Assembly (NCBI GenBank): GCA_964247055.1
Contig: OZ176059.1
Location: forward strand, 1,922,001-1,986,000
From: Paragordius varius
Taxonomy: Eukaryota > Animalia > Nematomorpha
Length of the DNA: 64,000 nucleotides
Reading direction: 5' to 3'
Part shown: positions 1-11,815 of the stretch, piece by piece
Position numbering within the stretch: position 1 is the first letter of the stretch
How the letters are laid out: every line of letters begins with the position of its first letter
Made by a program: the position numbers and the translations under genes
The notes under the pieces: model-generated
Seen by the model: only the letters and a program-made list of their open reading frames with translations
What the model was told of the DNA's origin: nothing
Database searches by the model: none

Positions 1-391
1 TTTTTTGACAAAATTAGTTCAAAATTTTAATGATTATATATTGATTCAATAAAATTAGACCATACTTTTCATCAAAATGGGTATTTATCAATTCAATAAT
101 ATATCTTTATATAAAATAAAAAACTTTCTACCTCGTTTTTAGCAAAAAAATTTAACTACTTACGAAATAATAAAGGCAAAACATAAAAAGTGAAAATCAA
201 ATGCTTTTTTAATAAAGAGACCATATTTTAACCCTTAATTTTGTATATATATTTTTGGTATGATGGTAATCTTTTAGGTTATGTAAAAAATTAAAAGATA
301 AAAAAAATGTTAGCCATTTTACGTTTTATCCTTATAAGTTCATTAAATAGTTTTGCTTAAATGTAATTTTTTGAACAAATATTAAATATAC

Positions 392-2164
392 ATATCTCTT
401 GTATGATTTAGGTAGAAAACGGATATACTTTTTATGACATGCTAATCTTTCACCAAATAAATCCATTACGTTTGTATGATGTATCGTTTGTTGATGTTTA
501 ATTTTAGGTATAAGAAGTTGCATTTTTTTCGTGGTTGGTTTAAGGCCATCAATACCCATTCCAATTTCTCTCCAACTGAAAGCTTTATCAAAAGCGGAGA
601 TGCTTGAATTCACATAAGGTACCATAAGTAACAAGACAAAATCCTTACCTTTCAAATCTAGTTTAATTAGTTTAGCTTGAAGGCTAGCCGAATCGAATGT
701 CGTAAGGTGCGTAGGTTCCATTAACTCCATATATGGTATAATGGTGATACCCCCATCTCCGGCATGAAATATGTTAAGTTTTTGGGCTCTATAAAATTGA
801 AAGTTTGTTTATGCGTATGCAAGAGTCTATGGTTAACAGGGATTAAGACTTTATTTTGCTACTTATTAAAGGTATTTTAAGTGCTATCGATACAAACACG
901 GATTATAGGGTGTTATCGAATGACTTTATGGTTTTAGTAAAAACGTTTAAAACCATTTATACAAAATAAGCTATGAAATTAGGGAAACAATCATTTTTTG
1001 GCAATTGTTTAGCAAAAATATACTAAATATTATGCGCCCCTAAATTTAAATAATACAAATAGCTACATTATATGTCATATTATTAACTTTTAATTATATT
1101 TTCAAAAAAATATATAAATAAACGAAGATTTACAGGTTTTATTAAATGTTTTTAATTATCGAATTTTAAAAAGTTTAAACTGCAAACAGCTATGATACTT
1201 TAAAAACACAGCTTAAACCTGCTTTGTATTAAGACTCCTTAAAATCTATATTTTAAGCATTTGCTAATTAAATTTGGGTATGGTTTTCTAAAAACAAGCA
1301 GCTTTATTTATTAATGTACCTTCTTCTTTCTCCCTACTAAATTCAATAGTCTACTAAAATGGTTTTAATCATTTCACACCCTTTTTATCAAAGCTTGAAG
1401 ACATGAAAAGAGTAGATACCCATAATATTGACATTTATCTGACCGCCTAGGTTTGACAATGATAACGGATAAACCATACAGTTTCGTATATCGAACTGCT
1501 GACATAATTTAAAAGTTTACCCTTTCGTATCGAATGGGACATCCCATGAACTTTGAAAATACAACGTATTAAACACTAGGACTGAGAAAGGTTTAATTTT
1601 TTTTCCGTCATGAATTACATTTAGCATGACACCGTTTGAATCTTTAGCTACGAGTCGGTTAACCCGTTTCACCGTTTCGGGAACGGTTGACCATTTGTTG
1701 GTTCGGATAATTTTAACATTGAAAGCATCTCTAACACTCTTTTTGTAGGCGGCTTTAAGGTGTGGAACAGTACTATTTACAACCACATACGTTGTTAGTA
1801 TCAACGAGCTATCCGGTAGTATATTTTGTGCGTCCCCCTTATTTTTAGCAACTACTGACCTTGCAATGGATGTGGTTAAATTTTGGTTAGTTCGTTTATA
1901 CATTGCCGTGTTTGAGGGATGGGCCACACCCGCTATCCCATTTAGGCATGTTGAGCCGAGTTGGATAGCACTCAGCCCAAGCGTTAAACCATGAGGGCTA
2001 AATACGTAATTAGGTGTGGTATCATTGAAAGCGGATTGATGAGTCAAATCCATAATGAGACTAGTGTGATGGAATAGAAAGCTTAAAGCTGCTTGGCACA
2101 AAGGTGTCAGACATAGAGCGATAGCTAATAAGTATCTTACTGATATAACACTAGGGATACACAT
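392..2164 (-). CDS. Serpin (serine protease inhibitor family), predicted secreted; two coding exons resolved, 3' end (hinge/RCL) unresolved
   Basis: Exon 2164-1521 has a hydrophobic N-terminus (MCIPSVISVRYLLAIALCLTPLCQA), the serpin motif NYVFSPHGLTLGLSAIQLGS and VFNTLYFQSSWDVPFD. Donor GG|gtaaac at 1520 and acceptor ttttatag|A at 789 join in frame (DTKG-AQKLNIFHAGDGGITIIPYM). Exon 788-~392 encodes LIKLDLKGKDFVLLLMVP...LLIPKIKHQQTI, resembling the serpin s2B/s3B/s3C region. Confidence 0.85.
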
Positions 2165-4078
2165 GATCAATTGGGAAAAACTGTATGAAATTTTCGACCA
2201 ATAAAAACTTTGGCTAGGCAGAAGATACTATAAAGTTAAAGCGCAAATAAATTTGTTTTATGGTCAATTTATCTCGCTATACATGGGTAAACACTCATGT
2301 AACCTCGACCGACAGTCCGAGCCCAGCCTTATTAATATTTTTTATTAAGTATGGACATTTTCCATTTAAAATATCAATAAATTAAATAAATATGTTATTG
2401 TAGTTTTAACCCCCCTTTTTGAAATTGTATTTAAGGTCACTCATACTCACTATATAAATTTAATTTTGTTCAAAGGTCAACTAATGCGATTTTCGCAAGG
2501 CCAGGCATATCAAGGTTGATTAGGAGAACATATTGTTGAAATTGATATACATATAATAATATTTACATTAGGCCTGGTTTATTTTTTATTTAAATCGGGT
2601 TAAATATATATATTTATAAATGCTTAAAAATTATGTTAAATAATTTTTTGGTAGGGTTGAAAGTTTGGTTTAATCCACTTTATTCTAGATTTATTTATAC
2701 TTTTATTTTTAATAAGAGCTTACAACTTTTATATAAAATGTACATTATAATAATGGGGTTAGGTCAATTAAATATATATATAAAACTAATATATGTATGG
2801 ATGTATATATGTCATGGTTGCCCAACAAAAATGACTTAATAGGCCGCATTTCCGATCGGAAAATTCTGGCGTGCAGTAAATCAAATTATTTGATTTGTAC
2901 ATCTAAATTCGATATAATTTTAAATATAAATGTGATCACCTGTTTAAATGATTTTACCACTTGAGTTGATCAGTACAGTGCTTTTGGCTCGCATACACAT
3001 TATTTATCCCCTGCCCCGTCATAGTTAGGACACCATCAGTATAGGGACAAAAAAGCATATTTATTATTTAAATTATATAATTGTGATAATCACAAAAAAA
3101 TTTATACAGAAAAAAGTATTGCTTATGTGTTACAAAGCTTGATTCCAATGTAGGCGATATATAAGATCAAAAGTATGTTTCCTCCAAAGCTTAAGAAATG
3201 AAAAACGGATTTTTAGATAAAACATTTAAATTAATTTGTCTCGGAAAGAGAAATAATTTATTAGGATTATGAGTATAACATTTTCAATTTTTATTTTAAA
3301 AAATATATTTTGTTAATTAAAAAATATTGAACTTTATTATATTTATGCATAGTTTTATAACCAATTTAAAAAACCTAATTTTAGTTATAAACAACTAAAA
3401 TTGGCTCAAAACATATTTAATCATTCAAGTTAGGTAATTTCATTTTTCTTAATATTTTTTATATACCATTATCCTTAGCGATGCTAAAAAAATTTTGCGA
3501 AGTTCGAGATGACGATTGAAAATTGTACATTTTTAAAAATATTTTTGAAATAATATGAGCGCTAATGGCAATAGAATGTATATTTTTACCCCAGATTCGA
3601 TATCAAAGATATTTTTATGGTTTTTTTAATTCAAATCCACCTAGGAATATAAATACTACCAATGGATAAAAGTGTTATGTTAATTCAATCGTTGTGTTTA
3701 TTTAAAATTATTTAAATTTTTGTAGCTACTAAAATTGGAAGAGCGCGGCTTCTTATACATTCCTGCTTTATACCTTTATATAGTTTTTCATTGATATAAT
3801 CTGTATATTCCTTCCCTAGATCAGACTGGTTAAAATTTAAACTGCGAACAAACGCTGCTATAAATGGAAATTTATTGCGCTAAGCTTATTAAATAGATCC
3901 AAAACCGTAAAAATTAGTCAAATTTAAAATCTAAAATTCTTTTGGCATTCTGAAAATCGGAAAAAGTGGGAAATTATATCGTAGTTTTCAACAAAGCAAA
4001 AATTTACACAAATTTTTCATAAAAAGTAAATTGTCATATCATAAATGTATAGAAAAATCGATTAATAGAGAGGTACGA

Positions 4079-4332
4079 TATATACCATATACAGTTCAAA
4101 TTTACCCTCAAACAATTAAATTCATCCCAAAATAAATTATGGGTTTTTTAAAAAATTACCTATATATTTTACAAATTTTAATAAAATCAAATTTTGTTAA
4201 AATTAAAAAGAATAATAAAAACTAAGCCACAAAGATTTTATTCATATTAATGAGTAATATTAGCCCAAAAACACTTAATCGATTGGTGAATTTGAATTGT
4301 TTAACGGTAAAATTGAATCGTAAATGGTATAT
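4079..4332. mobile_element. MITE family B copy (TIR TACCATTTACAATTCAAATTCACCC-like, 21-bp subterminal repeats)
   Basis: Starts atataccatatacagttcaaatttaccc and ends aatcgtaaatggtatat. The interior matches the other B copies. Confidence 0.8.
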
Positions 4333-4966
4333 TTGGTGACGAATGGGTGGAAAGTCAAGGGCCAAAAATTTTTATCCATAAATTTTTTTGCCAAAATTAC
4401 AAGCATTACTTCTTCGATTGTCTGTTATTAAAAGGCCTAAACACGTTTTCTTTATAATTCTTTTCGATTGAAAAGAATGCCAATGCATTCTAATAAAAGC
4501 ATCGTTTGGCACCATTTATAAAATAATTAATTTTATGGTTTAAGAGTCATTTATACCATCTACAATTCATATTCACCCTTAAACAATTCAAATCACCATC
4601 GAACAATTTATATTCACCCTTGGTCAATTCAAATTCACTCTGAAAATTAATTATGTGTTTTCGGGCTAATATAAATCATTATTATTATGAGATAAATTCT
4701 TATGGCATAGTTCAGTGGTACTCAAACCGCGGCCCGCATGCGGTAAGAGTAATGTGACCAGATATTTAGAACCCTGGCGCAGTACAAAATTAAAAGATAC
4801 TTTGCCTGTTTTTTAACCGGATTTACGGTGTTTTATATTAAATAATATTGTTCGTTACTATTTATAAGCTCATTAGAAACAATTAAAATATTAAATTTAT
4901 TAAAAATTTAATATAAATGTGTGTACATATAATATTATATGTTATATATATGGATATATAATAATA

Positions 4967-5652
4967 CTAGTGTAAATCTCGTGCTGCTACGCAGCCCGAA
5001 GAAGTCCTTCGGACTGGGGGGGGGGGGCTATTTGAAAAAAGGGACAATAAAATGATCCACATATATGGATTATTTCGAAACATATTTTATTAGCTATGAT
5101 CTCATAGGAATTTCAATGCATTCATACTAATATATTGTTTACTTGGGCGAAAAATAGATTCAACCAATTACTTTTGAATTATTTTGGAATAATGGCATTT
5201 TACGGGAGGAGCGGGTAAAAATAGGGCTTTAATTAAAAGAGCGAGCCGATTATGTTTGCGCAATCGAAAATAAATAAACAAAAATCATATTTGAAATTGA
5301 ATGGTCCAACACGTTTTCCAGAAAATTGTCTCAAGGACACGATTTTTGTGGACTTCTGTTTTAAAAAAAACGTATTTTACACGGGGTGGGCCCGAACTGG
5401 GGGCCTAATTCAAAGAAAGGAGAAGCTATTGTCGAGGCATTCATTAATGATCATATTTTTTCGACATTTGGATTTGAATGGATCTACCGGTTTCCAGGAA
5501 ATAGATCACCAAGCCACTGCTTTCCATTTTTATAAATATATAGATTATAATGGTATGTTTGTTTTAAAAAATGCTAATTGTCAAAAACAATATTATTACC
5601 AAATATATGATAATAAAAATAGAGGGAAACAATATATCTGGTTTTTATAAGA
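4967..5652 (-). mobile_element. Putative non-autonomous Helitron
   Basis: On the minus strand the 3' end has hairpin GCTGC-GTA-GCAGC 12 nt before a terminal CTAG followed by T. The candidate 5' end A|TCTTATAAAA at 5652 gives an A|T target. The 5' end is less certain than the 3' end. Confidence 0.65.
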
Positions 5653-5929
5653 TGTTGCTGTGCAGATAAAATCATTCACACACGATCTTATGAAAGTTCT
5701 GTTCCATAGTTTGAAAAAAAATGACTATTTAACAGCAGGTAAAACTATGCGTTGATGAAAAAAAGATAGGTGAATGGATAGAAAATTATTTAAATGCCGA
5801 CTTTGCTACAGTGTAAAATTCAAAAATAATTCAAATAGTTCTGAGTCTACCCAATCAATGGTATATGACGTGACATAAATATTAATAAATAATTATTTTT
5901 TTATAATAGTAATAATATCTAAAAATAAT

Positions 5930-6200
5930 AAATATATATTTTTCAAATTTATGTAATTGTCCCAATTTATGGTTTTGTGAAATTTTATCTAAAAAAGCTT
6001 CACAATTTTCTTCTGTATTTTTGACTATTACAATTGCTTTCAAGGTATCTATTGTGAGTTGTGTTTTTTCCGTAGTCCTTATTTTGTTTATAGGCACGGA
6101 AAAGAAAATTAAAATGAAAAGAATTAATAAAAAAAATTATTATGTGTGTGTGTATGTGTGCCAAAATTGAAATAGGTCTATAAATTTGTTTATGCACAAA
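5930..6200 (-). pseudogene. hAT transposase C-terminal (dimerisation-region) remnant
   Basis: Reads FS..INKIRTTEKTQLTIDTLKAIVIVK...LHKFEKY, resembling the hAT C-terminal pattern ERxFSxxNxxWTxEKxxLxxxTxKAxxxVK...SEKY. Confidence 0.7.
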
Positions 6201-7621
6201 TGAATGAAAATAAAACTGGATACAAATTAAAGTTTAGGGAAGCAAAAAATTAAAAAACATACCTCCCACCCAAAACATAAAAAAGTTGTTTTTTTCCTAG
6301 AAAAAAGGGTTATATCGAAACCAAATATAATGAATTTAAATAATATGTTGCGAAAATATAAAAATTTTCCGTTTGATAATTATAATTAAAGTAAACTCAA
6401 ACAAAATTTAATTTAGCTGAAACCTATATGAAACAAAAATGAATTTTCAAAAGATCAAATTACTAAAATATTAATTTATTTTGTGTTTATTTTTGAAATC
6501 GCTTTTGCGGAAGCCCTGAGTAAAAGGTTGGCCTAAATCTGGAATCTGATATTGATAGTTCTGCCATTTCGCGAATGGCTGCATTCATAAGCGATTTGAC
6601 CGGTCCAAAACCCAACTCCATGTATAATTAGAGCAAAAAATAAAATATTGAAATTAAAGGCCAGAGTTTTTTAGAGCAAAAAAACCATTTATTTATTTTA
6701 ACTAAGGGTACTCTATTGAATTCTACAAACAAAACTTGAAATAAATGGTAATTAAAACATATTTATAAAATTATTCAAAAAGCAGTACAAAAGTCAGCGC
6801 AGTACGGGAGCGGTTTTTTTTCGAAAACCCAGTACTGTAATGCGAAAAACAGCCTATCTGGTCACTTTAGGTAAGAGTGCCTTATAATTGCCCTATGACC
6901 ATATTGATACTTAAATTTTTATATTGATGAATTTTTAAATACCCATAAACTACTTTTCGCTTATTTTAATTTTATTTTCTTCGGATTTTTATTTTTTACC
7001 CAATTTGAAATGTAGAAAAATTTCCCTATAAAATGATTCTACAATTTTTGGCACACGTTGTTTCTGTTTCTGTATTCTATTTTCTTTTCAAATTTAAAAT
7101 TTATATTGCATTTCTTTTTTGTATTTAAGCAAGCCTTTTACCCAAACTTGAATATACATCTTCTTTTCATTGCTATCCTTCATCATTTTTTATAACTCAT
7201 TCCAATACAATATTTTTCAAATCAACATCATTAAATTTAGACCGGTTTTTTTATAGCATAATTCAAATTATATTCCTATTTTTAAAAAAAAATTATATTT
7301 ATACATAAATTCCAAAGGATGAAATCCGATGCTAAAAAACGTAAATGAAAATTGCTCCTTTAAAAAAAATGGGAAGAAATATTCTTTGTTGTTTTAAATA
7401 AAAATGTTGGTACCTCCCTTATATGTAAGTATAATTATAAAAAAATACAATATCGAAAAACATCTTAATGTGCGCTCTTTGCGAGATTTTGCCGACAACA
7501 TAATCAACAATGTATAATTATAATTTTTACCAATGAATAATACCACGAAAGGAAGTGATTTTCTCGAACTAATTAGCACTTTTTTCGATAAAATGGTATA
7601 TCTATAAAAAAATTGGTTTTG

Positions 7622-8084
7622 ATCTTCACTGATGGCTGTCTTTCTATGATTGGAATAAACAAAGGATTTATTCCTTTTTTAAAAACAAATATAAAATGCA
7701 AAATATTTTATCCTTCACTGCTTTTTTCATCAACGAAACTTGGTTTCTCGTGTAAAGGATGAAATACTCATTTAGTAGTTAAAACGGTTGTGGATATAGT
7801 TAACCACATGGTGGAGAATTCAGCCGCCGTAATTCAAAAATTTTCTTGAAAGATATCCGCAGTGAGTTTGATGATATTCTTTTGTACATGCTGTGAGATG
7901 GCTAAGCCTTAGCAAAGTATTAAATAGATTTTTGGTTCTAAGACATGAAATTCTATTATTTATAAAAGATAACAGAAAGTTTGACGAGGGAATCAATAGT
8001 GAATGGTGGGTTTTAATACCAACTTTTGCGACATTCCCTATAAACTTAGTATTTTTGATACAAGTCTTCAAGGGAGCAAAATAA
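7622..8084 (+). pseudogene. Frameshifted hAT (Buster/Charlie-type) transposase remnant
   Basis: Fragments in different frames: IFTDGCLSMIGINKGF (TDGAxxMxG motif), FILHCFFHQ (HCxxH motif), FLKDIRSEFDDILLY and VRWLSLSKVLNRFLVLRHEI (EVRWLSRGKVL motif). Confidence 0.85.
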
Positions 8085-9071
8085 TATCCCAGTTTTCTAA
8101 TCAAATATTTAGTTCCTAACTGTTTTTCTCACACGTGTGAGACGGCATATTCAAAAATCAAATGTCAATTCATACAGAAATCGCTTAACCGGTAATCATA
8201 TGGACGACGTATTAAGATTGGTGCCTGTCATGAGGCGACGACGAAAACCAAATATGTCAATTATTGGTTATAATCAAAAAAAATGTTGTTATCAAAATAT
8301 TATAATTTTTTAAATTAAATGGTGCAAAACGAGTTTTTTAGCTGGATTTTTATGCGATCCGCAAAAAATTTATTGTGCTGATTAAGAGTATAAATTTGCA
8401 TGTCAGATAACTAAGGAATATTTGCCATCTCGAAAAAAATATATTTTATTTGGCCCGTCAAATTTTTTTGGTGAGTACCACTGGCATAGTTTATTATTTT
8501 ATTTTAATTTTACCCAATTTTTTTTGAAAAAAATACAAAATATCGGTTATTTTTAACCCTATAAAACCCATAATTTATTTTAGGGTGAATTTGAATTGTT
8601 CAAGGGTAAATCTAATTAATATATAAGTATATACAACTAAATTCGGACATATAAATTTACAAAATCAATCAATTGAACAAACCGATCTTATTTTAAATAA
8701 CTAATCCGTTTGTATATAATTTTTTTATTGTATTATTACATTTCTATGGCATATCATTGATTAATGTATTCTATATGTACAATATTCATAGTTTTATACC
8801 GTTGTTTTGTGGTATGATACGGTGTATACTAGATAACACAATTAATGAATAGCATCAATCAAAAACATTGAAAACCAATAATATTAATAATCATATAAAC
8901 AGTAATTAACAACAAAGTATATTGTTTTCAAGTGTACAAATAGTCGTAATGGCATGAAAAACAAAAGAGAAAACAATTTTTATGGTTAAATTTAATAAAA
9001 ATTTAGCCAGATCTTTCAATTCCACACATTCGCAATAGGCAAAGTTATTTTAAATATTATTATGGATGTTA

Positions 9072-11776
9072 TCAATGTTTATTATTGGGTAGTTGTACAT
9101 GATATATATGTTGTTGCCGACGTCGATTATTATAAAGCGCAAGGTTTGATGAGCGATAAAAAGGAGCTCTACCGACAACCCGGTTTTGTGTTGATATGTT
9201 GTTGGAAACATTAGTGTTAAACATTCCAATAGGTGGTCTACCATATGACGCATGACGACTTGTTACAATTCGATTCTCATTATTATTGTATTGAGAAGTG
9301 CTCAGATTGTTGGGCGATTTTAAGGTGTAATTATTATTACTTCCATCAGATGGCACGCTCGATTTAAGCCGAATGATTTTGGATCCACCACCAGGTGTTT
9401 TTGTTGTCGATGGCGTCGATATCGGTAATACATTTGAATCATTCAATGAATCATCCGTCTGTTGTTGTTTATTATCACTACTACTAGATTGTAATAATTG
9501 ACCAATGAAATTTGTTGTCGCATATTTCCGTATAACGCTTAATCCTTTATCATGCGGGGCATCGGTAGCATTACTCAAAGTAGTTGACGTTGTGTTAGAT
9601 GATTGTCTAATAAGGATAATCAATCAATCATTCAATCAGAACAGAGAAGACATACAATAGAATAATAGATATTGGATTACACAAATATTTTTACTTGATC
9701 TCTATGGCGTGTATGCTACTATTTTTTATTACACATAATAATAATGATAATATTATCATTTATACTATAAATAAACAATTCCCTAATCTTGATGAGTAAT
9801 TCCACCTTGTATTGATTAATCAAAGTCTATATTATGGGCAAAAATTAAAGGAGGATATACATTATCAAGATACCATAGCAACAATATTATTATTATAATT
9901 TTTATTATATTCCATCGATCGACATAACACATTATTTCAAGCGGCTAATTAATTAGTAGTTTTATCATGTGAAGTAAAGGTGCTAGTTGACAATTCAAAG
10001 GATGGATAAAAATGAGATCAAAAATTGTTATGCAATTTTCCTATTTTTATATCAATTCGTCGGTAATAACTTCTCTATATTATCATATTAAAAGGTGCTG
10101 AGTGCATATCAGCAGAGTAGGACCGCATTGTCGCGATAATTAGATCATAACAAATATTATCATAATTTATAGTAAAAAAATCAAAGTTAACAAAAATATG
10201 CATATATAAAGGGGAAATATATATTATATATATAACTTAAACATGATTTTTCATTTATTTTACAAAAGACTCGTTCCATGATGTATGTATGTATTACCTA
10301 TTATCAACATCAATATCATTATTATCTTTGAGAGGTTGTAGAATAGCTTTAGTGGTGGGACCGTGCTTAGTCGCAGTTGCGCTCATATGAGTTGAACAGC
10401 GCGGGCTTTTTTGGTTTAATGACGACGTTTGTCCGGTGTTAGCGATAGTCGCCGTGGTCGTCATCACAGCTAAATGTTCTTCATCCGCTGATGAAATGTC
10501 TTCGACGGAGGAAGCCTTCTTACGCACCAAAGAAGTTCGGTTACCCAAAGGGTCGTCGTCATAATCTCTTTTCTTTTGATTGATTGAGCCTTGTTGCAAA
10601 GATTTTTTTCTACTTCGGAGTAATATTGGTTCATTACCGCTAAAGTCTTTAATATCATCATTTGTATTCTTATGCGTTTCTTCAACTGAAACTGCATTTA
10701 TTGCATTATTACGTAAAGTAGTAGATTTTTTGCTATGGTAGCTTCTTGTTGGAGGCATTTTTAAGTAGTTTGCATTAGTATTAACTGTAATTTGGTTTGG
10801 AGATTGCAAATTTTCATGTTCCATACCAACAACAACAGTAGTAGTCAATGGGGTAGTTAATCTTGAAACGAAAAAAAATTGTGGTAAAAATATTTGGTTT
10901 TAAAAATTTATAAAGGCAAAATTTAAAATTTCGTGAAATTCCATCGTTATGATAATAAAATAAATAAGAAATGTTATATTCTTGATGTTAATTTTGTCTT
11001 CTATTCGTTTATACCAGAGGTGTTTAAAATATTTAAAAAATCATAATTTATTAAATTTGATATTTAATAAAATTTCGCTAATAAGTGTTTATATCCGATT
11101 GACAAGCGAAACAACTAGAAAAAATTGCCATATTGTGCTTGCACATTTTACAGTCTCTTATGCTAAAAAATTAACACACAAAACTTTTGAAAAAATGCCC
11201 ATACATAAGTTTTGAAATACGGTCAATCCTACGCTGTATAAAAATTATGCTAAACACCCCTGATGTTTATAGTAACATTAGCTTGACTAAACTTATGTTA
11301 ACCTGATAGATTTTTCTTCATCATTAGTTAACGAATTAGAAATAGGTCCTCCATTTTCTTCAAAACTGCTAGTAGACGCCATATATTTTTGTTGGGTCAT
11401 AACGGTATTATTAATATTTGTATTGATATTGTTATAGGTATTAGTATTGGTAGGTGATGTTAAACGGGATTGGGGTGACGCTATAAATAAAAATTATTTT
11501 AGTGTTCAAATTAAAAAGATATGTCTTTTTATTAGTGATAATTTAAATAAAATAAAATCAATTCAAATTATTTAAAAATATATGATAAAGACAAATGTGC
11601 CATAATAATTACAAAGCTAAGCCGTTATATACATAAGTAAGAAAAAAAATCAAAGCTTGTTGATTAAAAATAAACCGCAAAATGTCCTTTTGTTTGTTAA
11701 GTATAGAGCAAATCGTATCCCTCATAAATATTGGAATGGAATATAAAAGTTTACAACATATTTTATGACATTTTAG

Positions 11777-11815
<39 letters not shown>

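Larger units (their letters stand above)
4750..6869 (-). mobile_element. Second hAT element (Blackjack-like termini) nested in the first
   Basis: 15-bp TIR TAATGTGACCAGATA / TATCTGGTCACTTTA (1 mismatch) and exact 8-bp TSD GGTAAGAG (4742-4749 and 6870-6877). The termini resemble TAGGGTGACCA-type hAT ends. Confidence 0.85.
4713..8483 (+). mobile_element. hAT DNA transposon (Buster/Charlie/SPIN-like), decayed
   Basis: 12-bp perfect TIR CAGTGGTACTCA at both ends, exact 8-bp TSD GCATAGTT (4705-4712 and 8484-8491), subterminal gcggcccgc motifs, and internal transposase remnants. Confidence 0.9.
4552..8610. mobile_element. MITE family B copy split by a hAT insertion
   Basis: Left part 4552-4712 and right part 8484-~8610 rejoin into the family B sequence (cttatggcatagttt) seen intact at ~29400. 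Confidence 0.8.

Noticed and set aside
60-104. Possible third serpin exon (YIIELINTHFDEK) on the minus strand
   Set aside because: The resemblance to the pre-hinge strand is weak and I could not connect it in phase to exon 2.
2633-2839. Short ORFs rich in I/F/K/N/Y across the window (for example 2633, 13829, 25662, 34345, 48639)
   Set aside because: These are expected by chance in ~78% AT sequence, or are antisense or off-frame shadows of real exons.
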